64,000 bases of DNA from contig NC_068999.1 of NCBI RefSeq assembly GCF_001194135.2, forward strand, positions 32,891,910 through 32,955,909, written 5' to 3'. The notes beneath the pieces were generated by a model, which did no database searches, was not told where the DNA came from, and worked only from the letters and a program-made list of their open reading frames with translations. Below, one piece after another: positions 24,416-36,584 of this stretch (within the stretch, counting starts at the first letter, position 1; the number at the start of each line of letters is the position of its first letter). Source of the stretch: Octopus bimaculoides (Eukaryota). The position numbers and the translations under genes were made by a program.

Positions 24416-25514
24416 TTAATGAACAAATATAACTTTTGTAGAACATTTTGGAATATTTAAGTTTTAATATTTTAACAAAACAGCAATTATTTCAGTGTTG
24501 ATTCCTCAGTAACTTCATTTCTATGACACCTAAAACCTTCTTGTGAGCGGTAGAATTTTTTTGACTTCTAGAACTTATTAGCTTTAGTGTATAGAATTTG
24601 TGGACTCTGGGATTTTCCTTGTTCTGTGATACAGAATTCTAGATTTTAGACCTCACTAACTCACCTTAAGAATGTTACATCATATAGTAGAAGGTAAGCT
24701 CTAAATGAGCCATGCTCATGATCAAGTTTTGATTCTTTGTTGGATAGTATGAGCTACTGGTAGCATTGTGTATGAGACCATGTAGATTGTGATAAAATAT
24801 CTTTGTTGGTGTAGATTGTGACCATAGCTTTGTAGGATAACACACACTTATGTACTATTTCAACTAACCAGTTCTGTCCATCTCAGACAAGATGTGTTTC
24901 TTATCAGACAGACACTGTACACCTCTACTTGCTGGTCACTGAAAAATGAACCAAATGCCACTACATTGCGAGAAGATACATTTATCCATTCCTCGAACAA
25001 TTTGATATTTCATGGAAATGTGTAAATTTGCAATAATATCTAACATAGTAATACAGGCAATGGCAATATATGAACAAATGAGGTCAGAAATAATCCAAGA
25101 TTACATTTGACCTCTGACTGATGACTTCAGCTGATACATTTAAATGTCACACAAAACGTATAATTCTGAATCATTGACCATTCGTTGAAACATATTGGTC
25201 TCTATAAAGTGTATCTCCACCTTGTTCTCTATTCTTTCTGATTTTAAACTGTTAAAGCATTCTATAAATATTGCTGTTCACCCATCTATCATATCTGTCA
25301 ATCTACATAACAATTTCGCTATCTGTGTATTTATTTATATTTCTATCTATCTAACATTATTAGGCTATTGATCTGTTTCTTTATGGATATTTGATTTATT
25401 AGTATATTGATTTATTTGAATATATCTGTCTATTGATCAACTTATTGCTAATATTTCTATATCTTTGCCTCTAAAATCAATGGCATCAATCCCAATTCTT
25501 TGATAGATATTGAA

Positions 25515-25593
<79 letters not shown>
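25515..25593. repeat. (CT)n microsatellite, one of many: (TA)n 34552-34640, (AAT)n 27899-27940, (ATT)n 29321-29357, (GA)n 43277-43312
   Basis: Read directly. Confidence 0.95.
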
Positions 25594-25598
<5 letters not shown>

Positions 25599-26589
25599 GG
25601 CATTGGATTAACAGAAGCCAGACAGTGGATTGACAAAATTCTTAGAGCATTGGACAAAATAAATTGTAATATTTCTTCTGGCTATATAAGTTCTGAGTTC
25701 AAATCCTGTCAAGGTCAACTTTGCTTTTCATACTTTCAGGGTCAGAGCTATCAACTAACTGCCTTTCCTCAAAGCAACTGACATTAAACTTAAACTAGAA
25801 ACAATTGTTCAGTCAGCCATCTATTTAAGGCTACTACTGTTCTGACCTGACACCATACCTGCAGTTTTAACCATTCAAACTCAAACCATCTTTCTTTCAG
25901 ATCAAACTTTCCTGTTATGTTCAGTATATTCTTGGATCAAAGACCTTAATTCTTTAATTAGTAAAAATCAGTTATTTTAAGTTCTAGTGACTGGCCCTGA
26001 TCCAAATCTGAGACCTTTACTAATCAAAACTTAAACCATCAATCTACACAACTAATCTCAGCACTACTTTTCCTGTTTGTTGAAAATATTATTGGCTCAA
26101 ATGCAAAATTTTTATACACAATTTATTACCAGTTCCAATGAAAGAGAGTATTTCTTCAACTGCTAATCTCTTCTTTATTGTTATTTTATTAATATTCTTG
26201 TGGTAAAATAAGATAAACTCTAAATAGTACACAAAATCAGAACTCAATTCTCCTCCCAACTTAAAGAATCTTAATTTTATGAATATTGTTTATTATTTTC
26301 AACATTTAAATCTCTGTTCATTCTTTGTAAGGTTTTTTTCTTTCTCACTCTTGACTTATGATAGAAACAAACTAAACTATTTCAAAGATGTCTTGCAATA
26401 TTTACACACACATACTCACACACATATATATAGTTAGTGTTAATGGATCACAAATTTCTCAACATTCCTGATGTATCTTCCATTCCCCCATATCCTCCAT
26501 AGCTCTTTAATGCTCTTGGATAGTGTACCCCATGTTTTTTAGCAACTGTTTGATGTAATTTTTTGCTGGTCTTCTTTTCCATGTATGTG

Positions 26590-26627
<38 letters not shown>

Positions 26628-27493
26628 GACATCATAAGAATTTAAAAAATGGAAGAGAACATCAATTAATTATTAGTTGGATCCTAAAGCAAATAAAGCT
26701 ATAGATAATAGCTTGTAAATATTGGATTAAAACAACCTTTCGGCAGTAAAAGTCAGTTGTCCCACAGACAGCTTTTGACTTTTTCTATTCAAAAGGATTT
26801 TAATCCAATATTAATAGCTTTATTTGCTTTGAGATTCACTGTTCAAAAAAAATAAAAAATAAAAGGTGTGTGTGTGATGTTGATACCTATTTAGTGTTGA
26901 CTGTTGGAAGAAAGAGTACTCAATACCATAGTAGAGATTGATAATGTATTTTGGGTGATTCAGTCTCTTGCTGTTCTGAGTTTTCCTTGCCTGAAGACGC
27001 TGTGCATCCATAAGCAAAACTCAGAGCAGCAACAGACTGACTTAACCAAAATAAAAATGCCTATATTTGTGGAATGATATATTTAAATGTTTTCCATAAC
27101 AAAGAAACACTACACAGAATTGGCTCTAATGAAGCTGTTAGAAATTGCACTGGCACTCAAGAATGGGTGCATGATTTTTTAGCACCAAATCAGTTGTGAG
27201 CTAACAAACATGATGTTATTCTTTTGTCATTCATTATTTAATATGGATGTGTATGTCTGTGTGAATGTACACACACACACACACATATACTCATATATAT
27301 GGCTATGTGATTAACAAGTTTACTTCCCAACTCTGTGGTTTTGGGTTTAGTTGCACTACATGGTGCTTTGGGTAAATGTTGTCTACTACAGACCCAGGCC
27401 AAAGAAAGCCTTGTGACTGGATCTAGTAGGAAGAAACTGAAGGAAGCCTGTTGTGGGTATACATGCATGATCACACACACTCTCATGCCCATA

Positions 27494-27526
<33 letters not shown>

Positions 27527-27898
27527 TTATTTGATGTTAATTGTTTGAGTGCCTTCCCACCATGACAATTACTGTCAGTTTTGACTGTTGACAATTCCAC
27601 AAGTGAAGGGATGATGAATGAAAGACAATTAATATTGAAATGGAACTCTTCCTTGGTTGGATTATCAAGCTAATTAACAACTATTATAACCTGCCACATC
27701 AAACCAAATATCCATCCTTGCTCTAACTGTTATACAACATTAACTAAAAGCTTACTAAAGCATGACCCGAATAACCATTTTGTTTTTGTTTTACCTATTG
27801 CTATCATACTAATACCGAAACGTGTGTATTATTATCCTGGTCTGGTCTTAAAGTTGCTTCTTAACTGCTGCCTCTTCTTCCAATTCATAGCTGTATTG

Positions 27899-27944
<46 letters not shown>

Positions 27945-28318
27945 TGATACTTTTAATGATAATGGCATTTTCCTATTATTTTAATTAACCCTTCAAACTT
28001 TGTTTTTTCTATTTTTTTATTTTTTTTTATCACATTTGTAATAAATTTGGTTTCAATAAAATATTTTAACTTAAATGTTTTTTTTCTTTGTTTCATAATA
28101 ATAATTATTATGATTGTTACTATTATTATTATTACATTATTATTATTATTATTATTATTATTACATTATTTATTACTATTATTGTTACTATCATTATTAC
28201 ATTGTTATTATTGTTGTTTTATTGTTCCTGTTGGTGGTGTTATTTATGGCAATGGATTGGCAAAATCAATAGAAAATCAAAATGCTTGCAGTTATTTGTT
28301 CTGGCTCTTTATGTTCAG

Positions 28319-28645
28319 AGTGGTGGGAAAAAGCGGGGAAGTAGTAGGTAAAAATGGTTGAGTGGCAGATAAAGTCAGTAGAACCAGAGATAAAGACTGC
28401 AGAGTAGCGGGTAATGACAATAGAGCACTAGATAAAGATAACAGAGTACTCAATGAAGATGGTAGAGTGCTAGATAAAGACTGTAGAGTGCTAGATAAAG
28501 ACAATCGAGTGCTAGATAAAGATGGTTGAGTGCTAGATAAGGAGAGCAGAGTGCTAGATAAAGACAGTAGATTACTTGATAAAAGTGGTAGAGTGCTAGA
28601 CAGAGATGGCAGAGTGCTAGATAGAGAGTGATACTAGAGTGATAG
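28319..28645 (+). repeat. 21-bp minisatellite (AGAGTGCTAGATAAAGACNNN), about 15 units
   Basis: Read directly; the units stay in register. Confidence 0.9.
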
Positions 28646-29318
28646 ATAAAATGCACAGTGATATTCAGTTATGCCCCTTTGGGTTCTCAGTTGAACTCCT
28701 AGAGAATTTAACTCAACATTCCTCTTTAATCTTCTATGATCTGTAAAGTTCCAGTCAAGTGCTGAGATGATTTAATCAACTGTGTCCTTAATTTGAGATT
28801 ATGTGAGAAATTGTGGCGGACTATGTGACAAAACTGAAGGCCTGACTAAATGCTCGGCAGTAGTTAGTTGTAGTTTACGTTCTACCAAAGTTTATATTTC
28901 TTTCTCAGATGAGGATTGAGAAAATCCAGTCAAGAGTTGAGCGGTATAATCCACTAAACATAGCTACATTCTCTATAACTTTGCAGCAATGCTAGATATC
29001 ATCATCATCGTCATTGTTATTATTAAGGTAGTAAACTTGCGGAATTGTTGCTGCACTGAGCAAAATGCTTAGCAACATTTCTTCTAGCTTCACATTCAGA
29101 GATCAAATTCCACCGAGGTTGACTTTCTTTCATCCTTTCAGGATCAGTAAAATAAGTACCAGTTGAGTACTGTATTTGATTACTGCCCCCATCCCACAGA
29201 GAAAGTTTTGATAAGGTTGACTTTGCCTTTCATCCTTTCAGGGTACAGCACTGGGCTTGATGTAATCAGCTAATCCACTCCCAACAAAATTTAGAGCCTT
29301 GTGCTTATTGTAGAAAGG

Positions 29319-29357
<39 letters not shown>

Positions 29358-29929
29358 GCTGCTGAATGTTAGCCAACAAATTTTTAGAACTCTTTGTGTT
29401 ATACTTTGTGTCAACTTTGGCCATTGCAAATGTGTACTTTTGTTCTCCATTAATTAGCACCATCTCATAGCAGATTTGGTAAGTGATGTAGTGTGTTGAT
29501 TAGCTAATCCCCTCAGCCTTTATAGGGGTTGATCTGAAATTGAAATTTTCAGAAAATATTCTTTAAATATTATAAGAATATTTTAATATTCAAAGAAAAG
29601 GAAACATGAAATGATAAATGAACAGGAAGGTAGAAATTCTCTTTCTTTGATATCATGTGAGGCAGGGGAAGCATGTGATTTACTTTTCCTCACCATTCCA
29701 ATATTCTGTGACTGTGATGAGGACACAACCACTATTACCATCACCTTTATCATCAGCTACGCCTGTACCAGTCACATTGAACTGTGTGGTAACAACAATG
29801 TCAGTGAAGAGATGAGTAGTATAATTTTTAAATCTACTCCCAACACCCACCATCACTGCAATATCAATGTCAACAACACAATAACAAAAGCCACTAATCT
29901 TCCCTTAATTAGGGATTGTTTGCAAAAAT

Positions 29930-30420
29930 AATGTGGTTCTAGGAAGAAAACTATAGGCAAACAAAGGCTGAGAACCAGGAATATGACACAAATATCATGG
30001 GAGTGAGTTTGATTATCAATTCCCATTGTGCTACCAATAGAGGAAAGGGGGAAGACCACTTAATAAGTGCATCTCTGAAAAATTTTAACTAGTTCAAACC
30101 TCAAAACATGATTCCAGAGGTAGAAGAGCTTGGGACGCAAGAAAGAAAGGCACAGTGGAACTCCTATGTAAAACGGAAGATGATTCGGACAATGTTATGC
30201 ACTCCAAATTTATTCACCCTTTTCTTACATAGAGAAGCAAACAAACATTCAGGATCATGCTGGCAGAGGTGAACTTAGAGCAGTGTTAATAAGGGTACGT
30301 TGATGTGACCTGCATCACACCTTCAAGGTTAATTGATCTAGGATAATGCTTGAGTTAGTGCTACAAGGTCATTGTATTAATTTGCAATAGGAGTGGGATG
30401 CAGGCTTGCATTATGTTAGA
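29930..30420 (+). mobile_element. Decayed LINE apurinic-endonuclease fragment (RTE-like)
   Basis: Frame-broken peptides TNIMGVS and SRIMLELVLQGHCINL resemble APE motifs. Confidence 0.4.
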
Positions 30421-30999
30421 GAGCACTATGTTTCAACTATGGCAGCACAATTCATCTAAACATCCTTCATCCTTTGCTGAAGGAAAAGAATATACAGTCA
30501 CATACCCTGCTTCTAGCATCTGGAACACAAAACCGGCAACAGCAGTAATTCAAATAGTATGAGCAGCATCTACTGTGATCAGCAGTAATGCTATAAAGCA
30601 TACCTGTAGCATTGGGAAAGCAGCAGCTGAACACAACTATAACCACTATCAAAATATCAAATGGGGCAACAACAATACAAGCACAGCAATCTCTTTTCTT
30701 CTTCTTCTTCTTCATTGTTATAAATTACAGTGTATTGATGAAATATATAAAAAAACAACAAAAAAAAGGAGAGAAGCTCAAAAGAATAGTCATAAATGGG
30801 AAGGGATTTGAGGAGTTTACTTTAAACAATTTGCAAGTATACTCCTCAGAAAAGGTTTTCCATGTGACATGAGAATTTTCCATGATAGTGAACCAGAACC
30901 TTTTAGAGGGACCTTTCAGGGAAGGCTTCCTCGTCAAGAATACTGGATTACTCATTCTTCGAGTCAAGGTAAGTAATTTTTCTCACCTTTTCTCTGCCT

Positions 31000-31320
31000 A
31001 TCTTGGGACTATGCCAAGAGTAGGACTTTTAAATGCACATGGCTTGAGGTTATTCTGGAAGCAAGGTCAATTCCTTAATATTCTCACATGACCTAAGGTC
31101 ATGGGATTTGGATGTATTGGCCCTAAGAGGCACCAAGTTTTTCTGCATACAGCCAACCATATACCTCTTTGGTTGGCCAAGATTGAGCAACAATCTGTTA
31201 TTTCAGAATGGTCAAAATCTCATCATACAAACAATTGTCTTGGATCTGGATAATAAATTGATGATTCTGAATATGAACAGCAACAAAGACAGGTACCTCT
31301 GGGAAATTGGCTGTTTATAA
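31000..31320 (+). mobile_element. Decayed L1/Tx1-like LINE endonuclease fragment
   Basis: RVGLLNAHGLR and DLDVLALRGTK resemble APE motifs I/II (LNVRGL; DIxxLQETK). Confidence 0.5.
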
Positions 31321-31684
31321 CCCAAACTGTATCAATTGGAGAAATTCAAGTATGTAATGTATAATGTAAGAACAAAAATATCCATCTCTTTGGTCAAGTG
31401 ATCTGGTGAATGGTGTTTACATTGCTTGTTGACATTATGATTGGTTGATATGTGCCTTTGAAAACCTGTGATAATATAAATATTTTACTTGAGAAACAGG
31501 TATAGGTTGGTATTAGGAAGAATATCCAACCATATATTACCTCAACTACATTCCTCCCCAAACCCATGTGAGTATGGAAAAGCAAGCATTAAACAAATTA
31601 TAAAAGACATATCTGATATTTATAGACAGTAAAGTTAAGAGCATTCAATGTATGTATGAGTGTGTGTGTATGTATGTATGTATG

Positions 31685-31733
<49 letters not shown>

Positions 31734-32529
31734 NNNNNNNNNNNNNNNNNNNNNNNNNNNNNNNNNNNNNNNNNNNNNNNNNNNNNNNNNNNNNNNNNNN
31801 NNNNNNNNNNNNNNNNNNNNNNNNNNNNNNNNNNNNNNNNNNNNNNNNNNNNNNNNNNNNNNNNNNNNNNNNNNNNNNNNNNNNNNNNNNNNNNNNNNNN
31901 NNNNNNNNNNNNNNNNNNNNNNNNATATATCAAGTTAAACAATTATGCATACATATATATATATATATATATATAAACTAAGTTACATATATATATATAT
32001 TTAACTTGGTATATATATATATATATATATATCAAGTTAAACAATTATGCATACAGATATATATATATATATATATAAATTACATAACAGATATGTCTAT
32101 CTGTTTACTTTCATATACATTTCCCTACATACATGTGCTTATACATACACACACACACATATCTGCATAATAGCCCACTAACTATTCTACGTTTTATAAA
32201 TATAACCTGTGGGTAGGGGGGGGGGGGGTAATTATCTACTAAGTATATTTCCTGTTTAGTTCTGGGGATGTTTCATTTACGTGGACATACTCCTGTATTT
32301 GTCTGAGTGTTGGGCGCTTGGATAAAATGTGGGTGTCAAGTTGATCCAGGTTGCCTCCATGTTGGTCCTTGGCATGTTCGTAGAGTATGGACAACAACAA
32401 AAAACAGTCAGCATTTTATCCAAGCATGCAAAGGACCCAACACTATATATATATATATGTATGTATATATATACACACAAATTATATATATGTATACAAA
32501 TTTATACATATATACACACAAATTATATC

Positions 32530-32565
<36 letters not shown>

Positions 32566-32590
32566 AATTATTTATATATATATATATATA

Positions 32591-32776
32591 ATACAAATTT
32601 ATATATCGATATACAAATTTGTATATAGATATACATATACAAATTTGTATATAGATATACATATACAAATTTAATATATAGATATACATATACAAATTTG
32701 TATATAGATATACATATACCAATTTGTATATAGATATACATATACAAATTTATATATACATATTACATATACAAAC
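32591..32776. repeat. 26-bp minisatellite ATACAAATTTGTATATAGATATACAT, about 7 units
   Basis: Read directly. Confidence 0.85.
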
Positions 32777-32828
32777 TCGTGTGTGTGTGTAAATATATAT
32801 ATATATATGTATGCATGTATAGATATAC

Positions 32829-32868
<40 letters not shown>

Positions 32869-32956
32869 GAATACGTTTGTGGTTTACACACCTGTTTTCG
32901 TCCTGTTTTTTTTTTGTAAATTGTCCCTATATAAATATATATAGAGAGATATACAA

Positions 32957-32989
<33 letters not shown>

Positions 32990-33004
32990 GATATATATAT
33001 GTAT

Positions 33005-33172
33005 ATATAAAGAATAATAATAAATGGAGCAAAACGCATATAATGAATAAGTTCCTTTAATTCCTACATATGCTTCAAAAATTATGTGCACATAATTTTT
33101 GAAGCATATGTAGGAATTAAAGGAACTTATTGATTATATGCGTTTTGCTCCGTTTATTATTATTCTTTATAT
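33005..33172. repeat. Spacerless 168-bp palindrome (84-bp arms, 2 mismatches), centre GTG|CAC at 33088/33089
   Basis: Paired base by base; mismatches at 33025/33152 (T-G) and 33045/33132 (G-G). Confidence 0.95.
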
Positions 33173-33289
33173 CTACTCAAAATACATCATTTTAACATGG
33201 AATTTCTACCCATTAACCGGGTATAATATCTCAGTTTTTGTGTATACAAATTTTTATAGAGCGAGGCCATTGCCAGTACCGCGTAACTG

Positions 33290-33484
33290 GCCCTCGTGCC
33301 AGTGGCACGTAAAAGCACCCACTACACTCTTGGAGTGGTTGGCGTTAGAAAGTGCATCCAGCTGTAGAAACTCTGCCAGATCAGATTGGAGCCTGGTGCA
33401 GCCATCCGATTCAGCAGTACTCAGTCAAATCGTCCAACCCATGCTAGCATGGAAAGCGGACATTAAATGATGATGATGATGATA
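33290..33484 (+). mobile_element. RTE-type 3' tail element ending in (GAT)n
   Basis: gtaaaagcacccactacactc...catccagctgtagaaac...ccaacccatgctagcatggaaagcggacattaaatgatgatg; other copies at ~10330-10535, 38890-39040 and 60975-61240 (+), and 1610-1740 and 9510-9680 (-). Confidence 0.8.
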
Positions 33485-33569
33485 TATTTATATATGTACA
33501 AATTTATATATATATATATATACACACAAATTTATATATATATATATACACACACAAGTTTATATGTAT

Positions 33570-34522
33570 ATCATCATCATCATCGCTGTTTAACGTCTGC
33601 TTTCCATTCTGGCATGGGTTGGACAGTTTGACTGAGGACTGATGAGCCAGATGGTTGCACCAGGCTCCAATCTGATCTGGCATGATTTCTACAGCTGGAT
33701 GCCCTTCCTAATGCCGACTACTCTGAGAGTGTAGCGGGTGCTTTTTGCGTGCCACTGGCACAAGGCGCCAGAGGAGCTGGCATCGACTACGATCGGATGA
33801 TGCTTTTTATGTGCCACTGGCATGGAAGCCAGTCAAGGCGGCACTGGCATCGGCCACGCTCGGATGGTGCTTTTTACATGCAAACAGCACAGGGCTCACA
33901 CCTACAATTTTCATTTGATTTGATGTTGATGTACTTGACCCTTCATCAGCCACATTCAGATGGTGCTTTTTATGTGCTACCGGCACGGGGCTCACAAATA
34001 CAATTTCCATTTGATTTGATTTTGAAATTGCTGATGTTGATGTACTTGACTCAATAGATCTCCTCAAGCACAGCATGTTGCCCTACAATCCAAGGTACTT
34101 TTGAGTGGGCTGGTTATGCAACACTGGTGTAAGTTACAGCTACAGACTCACTTTATTTGCCGAGTCTTCTCAGTCACAGCATACCTCCAGAGGTTTCAGT
34201 CCTTTGTCATTGCCTCTGTGAGGCCCAACATTTGAAGGTCATGCTTCACCACCTCATCCCATGTCTTCCTGGGTCTCCCTCTACCCCAGATTCCTTCCAC
34301 TGTTTGGGAGTGGCACTTCTTCACACAGCTCTCCTCGTCCATCCGCAGTACATGACCATGCCAACACAAACGTCTCTCTTGCACTCCACATCCGATGTTT
34401 CTTATGTCTACCATTTCTCTCAAGGCGCTTACACTCTTTTGTGTTTGCACACTGAAATTACACATCCAGCGGATCATGCTAGCTTCATTTCTTTTGAGCC
34501 TATGCATGTCTTCAGCAGTCAC
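33570..34522 (-). mobile_element. 5'-truncated RTE-clade LINE (ORF2 C-terminus plus 3' tail)
   Basis: ORF 34196-34522 contains [14 protein letters not shown] and GRGRPRKTW, typical RTE ORF2 C-terminal motifs. Confidence 0.85.
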
Positions 34523-34550
34523 ACATATTTATATTTATATATGTATACAG

Positions 34551-34652
<102 letters not shown>

Positions 34653-34656
34653 ATAT

Positions 34657-34990
34657 GGATGAGGACAGCTGTGTGGTGAAGCATGATCTGCGAACATTGG
34701 GCCTCACTAAAGTGATGGCAACTGACCGAGACCTTTGGAGATATGCTGTGTTTGAGAAGACCCAGCAAGCCAAGTGATACCATAACCATTTTCTATGCCA
34801 GTGCAGCATTACCAGCCCAATTAAGATTACCCTTCAATCATTGAGCAATAAACTGTGCTTGTGAAGAACTTTTGAGGCAAGTGAAGTCGTTGTTGTGGCC
34901 AATGACAGTACTACTTGATTAACATGTTAGAAGCACCATTTAAACATGGCCAGCGCCAGTGCTGCTTGACTGGTCCTGTGCCGGTAACAT
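34657..34990 (+). mobile_element. Internally deleted RTE 3' fragment in the opposite orientation
   Basis: [18 protein letters not shown]...[13 protein letters not shown]. Confidence 0.8.
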
Positions 34991-35682
34991 GTAAAAAGCA
35001 TCATTCGAGCATGGTCATTGCCATTTAATAGAAGACAAATAAGTTAGAAATGAACCACAATCCTTTACTAGCTATGACTGCAGTAAGCTTCGTGCTTTTC
35101 TTGGAAATGTAGTATATTCTCAGCTACAATAGCGACAATATGGATTTCTTCCATCTTCTTGCTCTGATAAAGTATTTGACTAAAATTATATTAATGTCTC
35201 TGACCGATTAAAATTCTATTTATTTGTGCAGCTGATGATGGCCCTGCATTTAAATTGATGTAATGATTGCATTGTTCAATTGGAAGAATTTTACTTATAT
35301 TATCGTTTACAGACAATATAGGTAAAAGAATATTGTTACTTCTAATTTTGAGATTTTCCAAAAACACACATCTTATTATAATGACGCCCTGTGGGAGGCT
35401 GGATATAATAATAATATTAAGTTCTTTAATAATTCTAAATATAATTATAATATAAAAGATTATAATTTAAATGATTCCTATGTTTTTTATAATAATAAAC
35501 ATAACAAATAATTATGATAAGTTTATTTAGGTAATTATAGTATTAGTAATAGGGATTATGATAATACAAAACATAAATATTATAATAGTAGACAAATCAT
35601 AAGATTAAATTTAATTCTTTTATTGATAATAATAAATTTTATAATATGAGAAATAAATGTAATAATACAAATAATAAGAACA

Positions 35683-36528
35683 NNNNNNNNNNNNNNNNNN
35701 NNNNNNNNNNNNNNNNNNNNNNNNNNNNNNNNNNNNNNNNNNNNNNNNNNNNNNNNNNNNNNNNNNNNNNNNNNNNNNNNNNNNNNNNNNNNNNNNNNNN
35801 NNNNNNNNNNNNNNNNNNNNNNNNNNNNNNNNNNNNNNNNNNNNNNNNNNNNNNNNNNNNNNNNNNNNNNNNNNNNNNNNNNNNNNNNNNNNNNNNNNNN
35901 NNNNNNNNNNNNNNNNNNNNNNNNNNNNNNNNNNNNNNNNNNNNNNNNNNNNNNNNNNNNNNNNNNNNNNNNNNNNNNNNNNNNNNNNNNNNNNNNNNNN
36001 NNNNNNNNNNNNNNNNNNNNNNNNNNNNNNNNNNNNNNNNNNNNNNNNNNNNNNNNNNNNNNNNNNNNNNNNNNNNNNNNNNNNNNNNNNNNNNNNNNNN
36101 NNNNNNNNNNNNNNNNNNNNNNNNNNNNNNNNNNNNNNNNNNNNNNNNNNNNNNNNNNNNNNNNNNNNNNNNNNNNNNNNNNNNNNNNNNNNNNNNNNNN
36201 NNNNNNNNNNNNNNNNNNNNNNNNNNNNNNNNNNNNNNNNNNNNNNNNNNNNNNNNNNNNNNNNNNNNNNNNNNNNNNNNNNNNNNNNNNNNNNNNNNNN
36301 NNNNNNNNNNNNNNNNNNNNNNNNNNNNNNNNNNNNNNNNNNNNNNNNNNNNNNNNNNNNNNNNNNNNNNNNNNNNNNNNNNNNNNNNNNNNNNNNNNNN
36401 NNNNNNNNNNNNNNNNNNNNNNNNNNNNNNNNNNNNNNNNNNNNNNNNNNNNNNNNNNNNNNNNNNNNNNNNNNNNNNNNNNNNNNNNNNNNNNNNNNNN
36501 NNNNNNNNNNNNNNNNNNNNNNNNNNNN
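35683..36528. other. Assembly gap (846 N); other gaps at 17326-17335, 31734-31924, 49933-49942 and 50757-50856
   Basis: Runs of N. Confidence 1.

Positions 36529-36584
<56 letters not shown>

Noticed and set aside
29458-29478. 21-nt microexon-like segment with a TTG|GTAAGT donor
   Set aside because: Contains an in-frame TAG in the phase-2 context imposed by exon 8240-8366; no other support.
30920-30968. Exon-like segment with an AAG|GTAAGT donor
   Set aside because: Weak acceptor, not frame-symmetric, and lies in decayed LINE sequence.
31925-32080. Duplicated atcaagttaaacaattatgcatac block
   Set aside because: Abuts an N gap within TA repeats; an assembly artefact or slippage is the likelier explanation.
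35250-35682. Extremely AT-rich tract suspected to be a NUMT
   Set aside because: My translations in the invertebrate mitochondrial code gave stops and no recognisable mitochondrial motif; more likely decayed (ATT/ATA)n.
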